Position numbers and translations under genes: made by a program. A DNA stretch of 64,000 bases from Octopus vulgaris (lineage: Eukaryota), in assembly GCA_951406725.2 (NCBI GenBank), contig OX597815.1, positions 184,388,001 to 184,452,000 on the forward strand. The letters run 5' to 3'. This document shows positions 47,650 through 62,591 of this stretch, piece by piece. The notes under the pieces were generated by a model. The model was given only the letters and a program-made list of their open reading frames with translations. It had not been told where the DNA came from and did no database searches. Position 1 is the stretch's first letter, and every line of letters begins with the position of its first letter.

Positions 47650-47950
47650 AATGGCTTCCCTTCATGGCAGAATTAATAGTCAAGACTATTTAACAATTTT
47701 ATCTAATTAAATTCATCCTATGGTTGTGGAACTGTTTCCGGAGGGAAACGCAATCTTTCAGGATTATAATGCACCAATTCACGCACTAAAACTGTTACTG
47801 AATGGCACGAGGAACCTTCTAGTGATGTTAAACATCTTATCTGGCCACCACAGGCCCCAGATCTCAATATTATTGAACATTTACTGTGCATTTTAGAAAA
47901 ACATGTAAAGAGTCGATATCCTCCACCATCATCACTACAAGAACTGGAGA
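47650..47950 (+). mobile_element. Tc1 (DD34E) transposase fragment
   Basis: GRINSQDYLTIL...FPEGNAIFQDYNAPIH / KTVTEWHEE...LIWPPQAPDLNIIEHL; frameshifted. Confidence 0.9.
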
Positions 47951-48399
47951 TATAGATTCTTAGATATATACTTCCTATCAAGAAATGAGTCTAAATCTAC
48001 CATTTACCAGTCCATAGACGCCATAGAATGCGTTAAACACAAAATGACTGACGTCTACGTTATGTACTTTTAAGATAAAATGCAATAACACAAAATTACA
48101 AAGGAAGTTTAACCAAAGTTATGAACATTTGATTAGATAACAAAATGTCTCTAAATGCCAGTCGAAATGTTACCGTTATTGTATAGATTACACTTTGACT
48201 ACTTCATCTAGTTTACAAATTTCTACTGCCATCATTTTATATTAATGTTTGCCTCAATCAAAGTAACCCATTTCTTTCAATTATTCCTACAAAATAACGT
48301 CAATAATGTTCATCAGTGCTATAATATCTATGCATAAAAATATTTCGCAAACACGACCAGATAATGTTTCTGGACACATTTTGGCGAACAATATTAATA

Positions 48400-48560
48400 C
48401 AGGCGCAGGCATGGCTGTATGGTAAGCAGTTGGTTCGGCAACTACATGGTTCCGTTTTCAGTTCCATTGTGTGACACCTTGGGCAAGGGTCTTCTGTTAC
48501 AAACCGATCAAAGCCCTGTCAGTGGATTTGGTAGGCGGAAACTGAAACAAGACCGTCGTT
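48400..48560 (+). mobile_element. SINE B 5' half
   Basis: Head plus accttgggcaag. Confidence 0.8.
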
Positions 48561-48669
48561 TACATGCATACTTTCATACATATACACACATTCATACATG
48601 TATACACACATACACATTCATACATGTACACACACACACACACACATGTACACACACAAACACATATCT

Positions 48670-49280
<611 letters not shown>

Positions 49281-49845
49281 ATATGTATGTGTGTGTATAT
49301 GTATGAAAGTATGTATGTAAACGATGGCTTTGTTTCAGTTTCCGCCTACCAAATCCACTGAGAAGGATTATGAAATATTTAGCAAAATACATTTCCTGCT
49401 AAGTTTACAAAGATTCAGTCAATTAAACGCTGTTGAATGCAACTTGCATGGCGAAGTAAACGACTAGCGGACCGTGTTCATTAGCCTTTATCAGTTATTA
49501 AGTCAAACGAAATCAGTTCAGGAGATGTAAATATTATTTTTGACCAGTTAAGCATGCATAATGGATACACTAATTCCTTCTTATTTCCTCTGCATTTATG
49601 CAGTCTGCGTTAATTCATTTATTTTATTATACCCTGCAATTTGTGAAAGATAACGATGATAGCAATAGGTTTCGAACGAGCCAGTCTCTGATTCACTGCA
49701 TATCGGACGATGAGCGTGAGGAAGGAGCGCTACTAGGTGGACATGGAGGCAGAGGGTCCCGTTTTTTAATGGTATAAGCAGGCTGAGATACTTTCACATA
49801 TACACAGCTATGCATGTATGCACGCACACATACGCCTACATGTAT

Positions 49846-50157
49846 ATCACCTTGATCACCGTGACTGACCAGGCTATCAGATGTTGCTACACATCGCTGG
49901 TCACAATGCGCTTTACATTGTTTTAGCCTTCAAATGACGCCACCCCGCTGGCTAAGCGAGCAGGCCAACAGAAGAAAGAGAGAGAGAAAGTTGTGGCTAA
50001 AGAGTACAGCAGATATCGCCACCACCCCTGCAGGAGCCTCGTGGTGCTTTAGGTGTTTTCGCTCAATAAACACTCACAACGTTTGGTCTGGGAATCAAAA
50101 CTGCGATTCTACAACTGCGAGTCCGCTGCTCTAACCATTGGGTCATTGTGCCTCCAC
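49846..50157 (-). mobile_element. Modular tRNA-SINE C4 (body Y, tail Q)
   Basis: Head and body match 40424 and 55507; tail matches 57860-57950. Confidence 0.8.
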
Positions 50158-50161
50158 ACAT

Positions 50162-50555
50162 ACTCTCTTTTACTTGTTTCAGTCATTTGACTGTGGCCAT
50201 GCTGGAGCACCGCCTTTAATCGAGCAACTCGACCCCGGGACTTATTCTTTTGTAAGACCAGTACTTATTCTATCGGTCTCTTTTGCCGAACCGCTAAGTA
50301 ACGGGGACATAAACCCACCAGCACCGGTTGTCAAGCAATGCTGGGGGACAAAGACGGACACACAAACACACACACGTATATATATATACATATATACGAC
50401 GGGCTTCTTTCAGTTTCCGTCCACCAAATCCGCTCACAAGGCTTTGGTCGGCCCGAGACTATAGTAGAAGACATTTGCCCAAAGTGCCACGCAGTGGGTC
50501 TGAACCCGGAACCATGTGGTTGGTAAACAAGCTACTTACCATACAGCCACTATAT
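50162..50555 (-). mobile_element. SINE family B
   Basis: Near-consensus full copy. Confidence 0.95.
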
Positions 50556-51169
50556 AGGTGTGAAATATTTGTAAGAAAAGAATTCATTACCAAAATTTAG
50601 AGGCTAATGAATTTAATTTGATGAGTGCACGCCTACTACATTCTACTCCCAAGGTAACCGACAACTGAGGGTCAAGGTGGAAGTCAAGAGTCCCAATTAT
50701 CATGGATTGAGAACGAACCAGGAATCCATTGCTGGAAAGCGATCTTCTTAACCATACAGCCTTGCGCCCATTCTGTTGCAGTATAAATTCGTTGTATCTC
50801 TCTTTATATATCAGACCCATGTTTTTTTAATATTCTACTTGTACTGTATAAACGATAAGATGGCCATGTATTAGCAGAATAATGTCCATAGGCTCTAACC
50901 AGACATGAAAATTGCCAAGCAAACATAGTTTACCAGAGCATACCCCGTGCGCTATGAGCTACATGATACCGAGCAGCACTACAAACTTTATACACGTAAA
51001 CCTCCAGAGAAGAGGAACATTTCTTCAGCTAATAAAGCTATTAACATTAAATGCATTCACGCTGTTCAGGATATTAATTCGTGCAATAACCCATGCAGCA
51101 AATAAAATATTAAAATAAAGCTTTAATGATTGGTCGAAACGGTGCTATCATTAATTGAATGTATTCGAT

Positions 51170-51660
51170 AAATGTTGAAAATACGTAAGCGTTAATAATC
51201 TCAATATGTAAGTGTAAATAATATCTTAGAGATATTAGCTACATGCCGTATCTTAAAACATATTTAGTCTTTGTACATATTGGATGAAACGTTACAATTG
51301 TCGAGAGGGCCGAATTCATAGCAGAATGTTTCATTCAGCACACATGTTTATTTTCCCTCTTACATAGAAAATGCTATATTTTTAGTAGCAATCAATTCAG
51401 TATTCCGATTAACAAAACACTCTTCTGTGAGATTACAAAATCCATTGCAGTATGTCAGGAATACGTTTATATTTAATGGAGGCTTCATATTGATTAAATA
51501 AAGTGGATATCTTTGCCACGTCTTTGTTGCTCTTTTTATGGCGGAGAAGACTACTCCGACACGCTCGACACCTTCATGAGTATATTAAACAATCAATCAA
51601 TTAATCAATATCAACATCTACTTATCATGCACTTCTTTCTCTCTTCTACTCTCTCCCGCT
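51170..51660 (+). repeat. Copy 1 of an old duplicated segment (copy 2 at ~53830-55430, interrupted by SINEs)
   Basis: ttacatagaaaat.ctatatttttagta...tcaattcagtattccg; aataaagtggatatcttt; atattaaacaatcaatca present in both copies. Confidence 0.85.
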
Positions 51661-52728
51661 CGTTCTCTCTATTGATATATATGTGTGTGTTTGCACGCCT
51701 GGGTTTGCATGCGTGTCTGTGTGTACGAATTTAGTACAGGAGAGAAGAAAACGGCTGAGACGTGTTTCATTCTTGAAGACAAGACTTTTCTCAAGGCTCT
51801 TCTATTCATAGTCGTACCACTTTACAGATTATCTCCTCTACCTATATCAATTGAATTGACAATAACTTATAAAATGTTAATATTTCATAATACACATAGT
51901 TCAAAGAATAATTATCACGCAGTATGGAGTATTAATTATAAAAATGCCTATTTTCCTTTCAGGATATTTTCCCAAATATTTTTATACTCATCAATTGTAT
52001 ACATTTTCCCTCTCTGGACCTGTTTTGTTATGGTGGACAGGACCTGTTTCTTTCTGCCTGCCTATCTATTTGTCTCTGCTCTCACCATGCCTGATCTGTA
52101 AACCCCAAAATTTCTAAATTTCCTCTCTGTTTATTTTCTCTTATTCATTTCTCTTGAAGCGCGTAGGTTCAAAACGTAAAAGCCTTACTCACTTTCCCGA
52201 GCGCCAAACTACTACACCTGCTTGTTGTTCATACACCTCTCTTCGTCTTTTCTTTTTATGTAAATTTCAACTATAATGTGTGTGTATATATATATATATC
52301 AGAGAGAGAGAGAGAGATACACACACACATTTATATGTACATACATACCTATGTATTTATGTATGCATATCTGTGGGTTTGTGTGTTTCAAACAGTCCTT
52401 TATCGTATACACTGTTCCATGCATGTTTATATCTATATATAAACATATGTATACATATATAAATATGTATATATGTTGTATATATGTGTGTGTGTTATTT
52501 GTTCGTATCTATGTATGTGTACATATCTGTACATATATATCAGTGTGTGTGTGTTTTAAATTTTTATTGCGAGAAAGAATAGTGTGTTTTACATGACTTA
52601 ACATATTTCATACTGTTGCGGATGTGCATAATGTATTTTAGCATTATTAACAAGTTCTGCTACAGTGCATTCTACAAAAGAGATATATTAGTACAGATAT
52701 TTTTGATATAATTTATTTTAGATTTTTA

Positions 52729-52937
52729 GGCGGCGAGCTGGCAGAAACGTTACCAGGCCGGATGAAATGCTTAGTGGTATTTCGTCTGTCTTTAGGTTCT
52801 GAGTTCAAATTCCGCCGGGGTCGACTTTGCCTTCCATTATTTCGAGGTCGATAAATTAAGTACCATTTGTGTACTGGGATCGATCTAATCGACTGGCCCT
52901 CTCCCCCAAAATTTCGGGCCTTGAGTAGAAAAGAATA
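52729..52937 (+). mobile_element. SINE family A
   Basis: Consensus match. Confidence 0.9.
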
Positions 52938-54152
52938 CGTCTTTGGGTTTTGCCATTGAATTTTATGTTCTGGTATATCATGGTACTATTATATACAATT
53001 CCACATTTTCCGCATTTAATGTTCGCAACTTCAATACTAATCTATATTGATTGTTATTTTTATCAGTTATTTAAACATACGGGATGGAACATTGCAGTGA
53101 CATCACTTACATACAAAACATTATAAATGACCGATTCACTGTCCTGCTGATGACGATAATGATAACGAAGCTCATTGTTCATTCGATGACTGTTATAGTT
53201 TTCGAAGATCACGTCGGGTGGCATACTTTACTACACATCCTCACGCATGCGTACCGCAAACATGCACGAACTCCAATTTACACAAACTAGGAACCAAAAT
53301 TTAGACTTTAATAACTCTACTGAAACATGGGATCCTGTCGAACAAAACATGTTCTTTGACTATTGACAATCAAGGTAAAAGTAACTTGCCCAAATTATCA
53401 TGCCTTGTGATCGATTCAGGGAGTTTTGTCTCAAAAACCGATCTTTTAAAAAATAGTCATTCCTACACCAATTTTTTTCTTTCTTAAGTATAAACAGAAA
53501 CCTGTTGTAATTCCATTCTCGTACCAAATACCCTTTTGACAGACGTGTGTTCGATAAACAGCAAAAGGATCGAGTTTTATCTGAATAAAATCTAAAAACC
53601 GCTGAGAAATGAAAACCGTGAAAAATTATTGTTTATCAGAGCAATCTATCAGCACTTCCTTTACAAGCACACTTATTCATTGGAGAGAGAGACATATCTT
53701 AAGTAAAAATGACTCATAGCAGTTAATGTATTCAGAATTTTCAGTCAGTTGATTCGTGCCACATATATATAATACAATATATTCTTCGTGATTGTTCTTT
53801 ATGCTAGTTATTACGCTTTTAAAGTAATGGGGAAAATGTTGAAAATATGTAAGTGTTAATAATTCTAATACAGAAGAGAAAATATCTTTCGATGATAGAC
53901 AAGATAACTATTACTCGAATCTCGGAACAAATTTCATTTCTCCATGTATAATATGAAGTATTGCATTTACCAAAGTGGCTGAGTTCATCGTAGAGTTTCA
54001 TTCATCAAACATGCTTGTGTATTTCCTGTTACATAGAAAATACTATATTTTTAGTAATAGTCAATTCAGTATTCCGGTTAGCAAAAGACTGTGCAAGTGT
54101 GAAATGCATTGCAAGATGTCAGGAATGTGTTTGTAGTTAACGGAAGCTTGAT

Positions 54153-55297
54153 ATCTTTTCTATTCTAGGCACAGGGGCCGAAATTTTGGGGGAGGCGGCC
54201 AGTCGATTAGATCGACCCCACTAAGCAACTGGTACTTAATTTATTGACTCCGAAAGGATGAAAGACAAAGTCGACCTGGGCGGAATTTGAACTCAGAACG
54301 TAGCGGCAGACGAAATACCTATTAACTACCCACGAGGGGTTAAACATAGAGAGGACAAACAAGGACAGACAAACGGATTAAGTTGATTACATCGACCCCA
54401 GTGCGTAACTAGTACTTATTTAATCAAGGACGAAAGGCGAAGTCGACCTCAGCGAAGTTTGAACTCAGAACGTAACGGCAGACGAAATACCGCTAAGCAT
54501 TTCGCCCGGCGTGCTATCGTTTCTGCCAGTTCGCCGCCTTCCAGAGGCTTGATATTATTTTCTACTCTAGTCACAGGGGCCGAAATTTTGGGGGAGACAG
54601 CCAGTCGATTAGATTGACGCAACTACGCAACTGGTACTTAATTTGTCGACTCTGAAAGGATAAAAGGAAAAGTTGACCTCGACGGATTTTGAACTCATTC
54701 GCCCGACGTGCTAACATTTCTGCCAGCGCACTGAATAAAGTGGATATCTTTTCGTGTTATCTTTTGATTGCTTCAGTCATTGACTGCAGCTATGCTGGTG
54801 CACTGCCTTCAGGAACTTAAGAGAAAAATACTGCTGTCAATTTATTTATCTAAAGTCAGATACTTAGACTAACGGACCCTTTGCTGAACAGCTGGTTTAC
54901 GCAAACGTTAACATACCAATACCTATTTATTTACTACCCACAAGGGGCTAAGCACAGAAGGGACAAACAAACGTATTAAGTCGATTACATCGACCCCAGT
55001 GCGTAAGTGGTACTTATTTAATCGACCCCGAAATGATGAAAGGTAAAGTCGACTTCGGCGGAATTTGAACTCCTAAAGTAACATACCAATACCGGTTATC
55101 AAGCGTTGGGGGGTGGGCAAACAAAGACACACTCATACATATATATATATGTATGTGGGGCTTCTTTCATTTCCTGTCTAATAAATCCACTCAAAAAGTT
55201 TTGCTTGACCCGAGTTTATATCAGAAAGTAACAGGCAGTGAGATTGAACTCGAAACCATGTGGTTGCGAAGCGAACATCTCAACACGCAGCCTACGA
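54153..55297 (-). mobile_element. Nested SINE pile: A dimer (54153-54540), A (54555-54730), old B (54765-55297) containing A (54923-55072)
   Basis: TSDs ga(a/g)gcttgatat and taacataccaatacc. Confidence 0.85.
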
Positions 55298-55506
55298 CTA
55301 ATGCTATTTTTAAGGTAGCGAAAACTACTTCAACACGCTTGGCAACATCATGAACATATTAAACAATCAATCAGTTAATCACTGTCTATATTTATCTCTA
55401 CATATCTGACGTTCCTTTTCGTCTTGCTCTGCGCTTTAACTGTTTCTTATAAAAAAATTATTTTTTCCTATGCATAGTGACTTTTGAATCACCCTGTGTG
55501 TGTGTG

Positions 55507-55842
55507 TGGAGGTGCAATGGCCCAGTGGTTAGGGCAGCGGACTTGTCGTAGGATCGCGGTTTTGATTCCCAGAATGTTTAATGACCGAAAACACCTAAAG
55601 CTCCACGGGGCTCTGGCAGGGGGTGGTGGTGAACCTTGCTGTATTCTTTCACCACAACTTTCTCTCACTCTTTCTTCCTGTTTCTGTTGTACCTTTATTT
55701 CCTGAATCTCCCCGAGAACTGCCTTAAGGGTACACATGTCTGTAAAGTGCTCAGCCACGTGTACGTTAATTTCACGAGCAGTCTGTTCCGTAGATCAGAT
55801 CAATTGGAACCCTCGTCGTCGTAACCGACGGAGTGCCACACC
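55507..55842 (+). mobile_element. Modular tRNA-SINE C5 (body Y, tail P)
   Basis: Head and body as 40424; tail gttaatttcacgagcagtctgttccg...ccgacgg as 13975-14150. Confidence 0.8.
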
Positions 55843-55849
55843 ATATGTA

Positions 55850-56224
55850 TATAGGTGTAGCTGTGTGTTAAGTTTCATGGTTCTGCGTTCAGTCCTACTG
55901 CGTGGCACCTTGGGCAAGTGACTTCTAATACAGCCTCGGGCCAACCAAATCCTTGTGAGTGGCTTTGGTAGACAGAAGCTGAAAGAAGTCCGTCGTATAT
56001 ATATATATATATATATATATAGGTTTGTGTCTGTGATTGTCTCCCCCACCCCCATCGCTTGACAAGCGATGCTGGTGTGTTTGCGTCCCCGTAACGTAGC
56101 GGTTCGGCAGAAGAAACCGATAGAATAATTAGTAGGCTTGCAAACAATAAGTCATGCAATCGATTTGTTTCGACTAAGTGCGGTGCTCCAGCATAGCTAC
56201 AGTCAAATGACTGAAAAACGTAAG

Positions 56225-56225
<1 letters not shown>
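55850..56225 (+). mobile_element. SINE family B
   Basis: Consensus match. Confidence 0.9.
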
Positions 56226-56269
<44 letters not shown>

Positions 56270-56274
<5 letters not shown>

Positions 56275-57135
56275 TGAAAAGTTTCAAGCTTTATAATATC
56301 AGCATGCAAAGCTAAATGCAATACCCAATGAATACACTGGACCAGGAGGAATTGCAATCCCAGAGGCACAATCAGTGCGTGACCTGGGTATTTACATGAG
56401 TGATGACGCAACCTTTCGTGTACATGTTGCTAAATTGGCAATGAAATGTAGACGACTGGCCGGATGGATTCTCAGAACCTTGAGAACAAGAAACCATGAT
56501 GGTCCTCTGGAGGACACTTGTCCTAAGCCACTTTGACTATTGCTCTCAGTTATGGTCACCATCCAGTGTCAAGTTGATCACAGAACTTGAGGCGATCCAA
56601 CGTAGCTACACGAAGAAGATAGCCTCTGTGCGGAATATAAGCTACTGGGAAAGACTCAAGAGATTAAAACTCTATTCCTTGGAGCGTAGGCGAGAAAGAT
56701 ATGCCATAATATACATCTGGAAGATCCTGGAGGGACTTGTCCCAAACATTGTCATCGCGAGTTACACAAATGCCAGAACTGGGCGCCACTGCATGGTGCC
56801 TAGGACTCCAAATTTGCCATCAAGATGCAGGACAAGATACTGTGATAGCCTGGGCTTCCGAGGCCCACAGCTCTTCAGTATCCTCCCGAAGAACCTAAGA
56901 GACCTGCATGGGGTGGATGCAGATGTCTTTAAAATGAAACTGGATCTCTTCTTGTCAGGTATCCCAGATGAACCAACTTCACGGCGGTGCAGATGAGGGC
57001 AGCTGCATCGAACTCTCTCATGCACCAAATGGCAGTTGCCAAAAAGCATTCGTGAAGTAAAACCATGTAGCAACACCAAATGGCGGTGCCCCAGCATGGC
57101 CACAGTTCATTAGCTGAAACTAGAATCAATCAATC
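56270..57135 (+). mobile_element. CR1/L2-group LINE 3' fragment; candidate partner of SINE B
   Basis: AEKFQAL...VRDLGIYMSDDATF...GWILRT / LWRTLVLSHFDYCSQLWSP...LEAIQRSYTK...SYWERLKRLKLYSLERRRERY; 3' end ggcggtgccccagcatggccacagttcattagctgaaac then (TCAA)n. Confidence 0.9.
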
Positions 57136-57608
57136 ATATAGGGAGAATTCACGAAATATATATATATATATACTGAGAGAGATAGAGAGTGTGTGTGTGT
57201 GTGTGAGAGAGAGAGAGTATAGTTGTTCTAGTGTGCCAAAGTATGCGCGCGTGATCGGACTTAGTATATACTTAGTATCTAGCGGTTCAAAATGGCAGAA
57301 ATGTATAATGCTCTTGAAAACAATATTTTTCTGAAGTATCTTCTACTAATAAACGGACCACTTCTTTCACTTAACTGAACTACCTACTCAATGAATGGAA
57401 TTGTAAAAAGTTGCAATTTCGCAACACTTGCGTTTTCTCCATTAATTAATGATCACACACAATCAGTATGATCATTAATAAATGGTGGTAATAATGTTAA
57501 TTTGACTTAAGCCTTTCGAGTGAGTTCAAATAATTCAACTAACACATTTTTCCTAAGTGGGACACATATAGTTTTAGATCTGGGCCACATTTCTTCTCTT
57601 TCTCTCTG

Positions 57609-57662
<54 letters not shown>

Positions 57663-57709
57663 GTATGTATGTATGTGTGACTCCATGTTTATATATCTAT
57701 ATAACCTAG

Positions 57710-57950
57710 TGAGGTGCGCTGCACTCACGGCTGTCAGATCGCAGTTTCGATTCTCGGATCAGTTGCGCATTATGTTCTTGAGCGAAAGATTGTTTATTTT
57801 CACTCAAGTTTTAAATGGGGACGCCCTTCGATGGACTAGATTTCCGATCAGAATGAATATTGGTCTGCTCGACTAGTCAATTGTGTGGCATCATTCGAAG
57901 ACTAAAACGATCCGAAGTGCAATGTGACCTGTGAAGTGTAACAGCAACAG
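57710..57950 (+). mobile_element. Degenerate modular SINE C6 (X-like body, tail Q)
   Basis: gatcgcagtttcgattc head; tgttcttgagc; ggtctgctcgactagtca...gtggcatcattcgaagactaaaac. Confidence 0.6.
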
Positions 57951-58013
57951 AGAGTTTGGATGAAACCATCACACACCCCCACACAAAAATGTTTATACGT
58001 GTGTATCTATCTA

Positions 58014-58069
<56 letters not shown>

Positions 58070-58119
58070 GATATATATATACACACATGTATATATTACA
58101 CACACAAACACACATATAT

Positions 58120-58306
58120 ATATGCGGGAGTGGCTATCTGGTATGTAGCTTGTTTACCAGCCACATGGTTCCGGGTTCAGTCTAACTATGTGGCACCTTG
58201 GGCAAGTGCCTTCTATTGTAGCCTCGCTCTATCTGGATTTTCAGTGCGATTGTGGACCGCGAAAGTGAGTGGATTTTGTAGACGGAAACTGAAAGAAGTC
58301 CGTCGA

Positions 58307-58310
<4 letters not shown>
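58120..58310 (+). mobile_element. SINE B 5' half
   Basis: Head, accttgggcaagt, gacggaaactgaaagaag. Confidence 0.85.
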
Positions 58311-58338
<28 letters not shown>

Positions 58339-59046
58339 TTTATTAAAGCTTCCAGAACACCAAAAATTCGTCATATATATATATGAAGAACTATTGATAC
58401 GTTCATAATGTTTGAAGATAGATATTCTTAATTTAGAATTATTTATTAAATATGTAAAACTTAAAACAAAAAAAATCAGGAAAATATAGACAATTTCGAA
58501 ATAATCGTGTATGTGCTTTTGCTGTGTACAGATTTTCAAGCCCACTTACTATGGGCTAATCACCTCAAAAGATGATTTCCGCCACAGTGTTGATAATTTC
58601 CGATTTGAATTCGAATTTTCTATTATCATAAGGATTTCATTTTCTTTTCGAAAAAGGGTATGTTTTGAATTTTCCATTCGTTGAGAAACGAAGCTGTTTG
58701 CTATATTAAATATTGCTAAGCGACGTATCTTTTTGCTTTTACTATGCTTCAAAAAATGTTCTTTGATTTAAAAATTTGCCCATGTGGGTCGAGCAAAAAC
58801 AAATTTTGCTTAGTACCTTATTGTATTGGCCAACCAAAATACAAGGCAGAAAAAGATTATCAACAAGAACAATAATAATTGCATCAGACGACGGCGGCGA
58901 TAACGGTGAGGACGACGATGATGATAATGATGATGATTAACTCCAGTAATTTATCGCTTCTGGTTAACCAACAGATATTTACACACATGTACGCACACAC
59001 ACACACATACACCATACACATATGTATGTGTGTGTGTATGTATGTA

Positions 59047-59187
59047 TGTGTTTAACCCCTTGTGAGTAGTTAATAGGTATTTTGTCTGCCGCTACGTTCT
59101 GAGTTCAAATTCCGCCGAAGTCGACTTTGCCTTTCATCCTTTCGGAGTCAATAAATTAAGTACCAGTTGCTTAGTGGGGTCGATCTA
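59047..59187 (+). mobile_element. SINE A dimer-junction fragment
   Basis: aaccccttgtg...taata|ggtattttgtctgccgctacgttctgag. Confidence 0.85.
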
Positions 59188-59521
59188 GAAATAGTTTACA
59201 ATTCACATGGCTATATAGTAAATTTATAAATATGAAAAGAAAGATGCAGATATACAATTGTCAATTTAAAAATTAAAATTTATAAATATATTATATTCTT
59301 ATAATAATATAATAAATTTTAATTAATAATAAATATTGATTATTTATTATATATTTTATGTTAATAAATTTTAATTTTTGAATTGACAATTGTATATCTC
59401 CATTTTCTTTTCATTTACACACGTATAACTGCATATATTTATATAAATATATATATACAGATATGCACACATATATGTATGTATATGCGTGTGTGTATAA
59501 ACACATATGTACAAGCATTTA

Positions 59522-59568
<47 letters not shown>

Positions 59569-61015
59569 ACACACACATACAGATATTCACATGTGGCGTA
59601 TATAGTGAAAAGTGAACAAAAGTCGTAGCTTGAAAGTTGTTTATTTTTAATATATTTCACATCTGAATTATATGAAACAAGTTTATTTTATTGATCCTGA
59701 ATATTCTGTGAGAATCAATCACGAACACCTGGGGCTGCGATAAACAAAATATGAACAAAGCGCTGGCAGAATTTTATTTTTCTAGCGAAGATAAATAGTG
59801 ATCTTTCTGCTGGCATTTTTGTATGTTAGTTGCGAAGCAAGACATGCTGCTGGTCTAGACATATCATAATACACAGGCACACACAATACACACAAATACA
59901 TATATATATACTGACATGTGTTTATGAGTGTATGCGTATATTAGTGAGTGCTTGTGGGTAATTTGTTTGTGATGTTGTTTCTTTTTGCTCACGAGTAAAA
60001 CACAGAAGCAGCTGCTTGCTAAAGACAAAGTACTGATATGGAATTGTTTGTATATCAGCGCTAAATTAATGTAAAAACCATAGAAATATTTCACCTGATT
60101 CGGAATGTATCTCTTTCCCCATAAACTTTCGCTCCATTCGTCTCTCTCTCTCTCGCTCGTCAGATTTCTCTTTCTTCACACACACACACACACACACACA
60201 TACTTTCCCTCTCTCGCTTCTTCTTCTTTCACACGCATATGTATCACACACGTACGAACATACATATTTAAACACTACCCATAGAAATTCCATGGTTATT
60301 TTGTTATTTTGAAAATACTAAGACTATTGAAAGTTTATATAGAACCATAAAATGTATAATTTCTTTTGAAATTACATTTCGATCGATCATTTACTTCTCT
60401 GAGATCGGTAGTATTAAATGCGCAGTCTTAGATGCAGCATTTGTACACTCAATAGTCTTTGCAAGGCACATATCACCTATTCTATTTTAAGAGTAGTTTT
60501 CTAACGTACTACATTTTGTAGCCAGAAGTTAAACTATGGAACGAAATCTAAGATATAATCTGCTCATAATATTTTTCAAGTACACTACTGCTTTAACAAC
60601 TCTTTATAAATAAAAGCTTTGACAAATCTTTATATGTTGTTGCAGCCTTATTTTCATAAGTTCATATAAGTTCATCCGCCTTGAATCGAGTCCACAGTTT
60701 CAGTGAACAAAGTACAGTTGTTGCCCCACTTTGTTGTGGATCTTAGAAGGAAACAGATCAGTTATACTGACGGGGGCTGGGCTGCATAGCTAAAATGATC
60801 GCTTCATAACACTTTGGTGCTGGCTTCGGCTTAATTATATGAAAACAAATGGTTCTAAGATGTGAGAAGCTGAGCGAAAGTGGGAAGTAAAGTCAATGTA
60901 AGAGAGTAATTATTAGTGATAACTGAAGTTTTTTCTGTTTGGTTTTTTATATCACTTCTAACTACCTTCGTTATATTATATAATATTATATAATATCATA
61001 TATATATATATATAC

Positions 61016-61678
<663 letters not shown>

Positions 61679-62264
61679 GGGAAGAGAAGAGCTATGGTAA
61701 GCTTATGCTCTTACATGTCTATGTAATACTAGTACGATATTAAATTCGGAAAGAAATTGAAAATAGTGTGAGTATTGGTGGGGAGGGACGGTCACTTTGG
61801 TTTTGGTAAAGTTGAATAGAGAACAATAAAAAGAAATAGAGCTTGTTGAAGAGAGAAAAAGAGAGAAGCGGAAATAGTGGCATCAGGGAAGAGGTAGAGT
61901 GAAGGAAAAATTGGTAGAGAAAGAAAGAGAGATATTAAAATAAATGGTTCTAAGAAATGAAAGTGCAAGTGAGGGTGATGGGTAGAGTAAACATACCAAA
62001 GAAAGAGCAGAAAGAAGAAATTTAGGAGAGTTTGACATGAAAAAGGAGAGGAAGGAAAACAGGTAACAAGGCAAAATGTTAGGTGTCACTACATTTCATT
62101 CTCTCTCCCTCCCTTTCGCCGAGTCGTTTGAAACGATCTCTAGGCATATGGTAGTATATAAAATAATGGCACCAATACCGGAAAGATTTATTTCTTTACA
62201 AGAATAGAAAAACGCTAACATCTGTAATTCCTCGATATGTATGTATGTGTGCAGACTGCAGACA

Positions 62265-62310
<46 letters not shown>

Positions 62311-62591
62311 CATACACAAATGTAAAGTATAACAACACGCAAACAGATATATTATACAAGTCCACTTGGCAATCTTCTTTAAAGGACAACATCACGATGA
62401 GATTTCGAAATGCTTCTGTCTACTAAAGTTTACCGATGGTATTAATCAATTCGAGGCAAATATAGGATATTATATGTTTACATATGACTTTATCTAGACT
62501 TGTATATATATATATATAAGTGTGTGTGTATACATACATACATATCTATCTGTAGATGTGTGTACATGTAGATATATGTACGTATTTGTAT

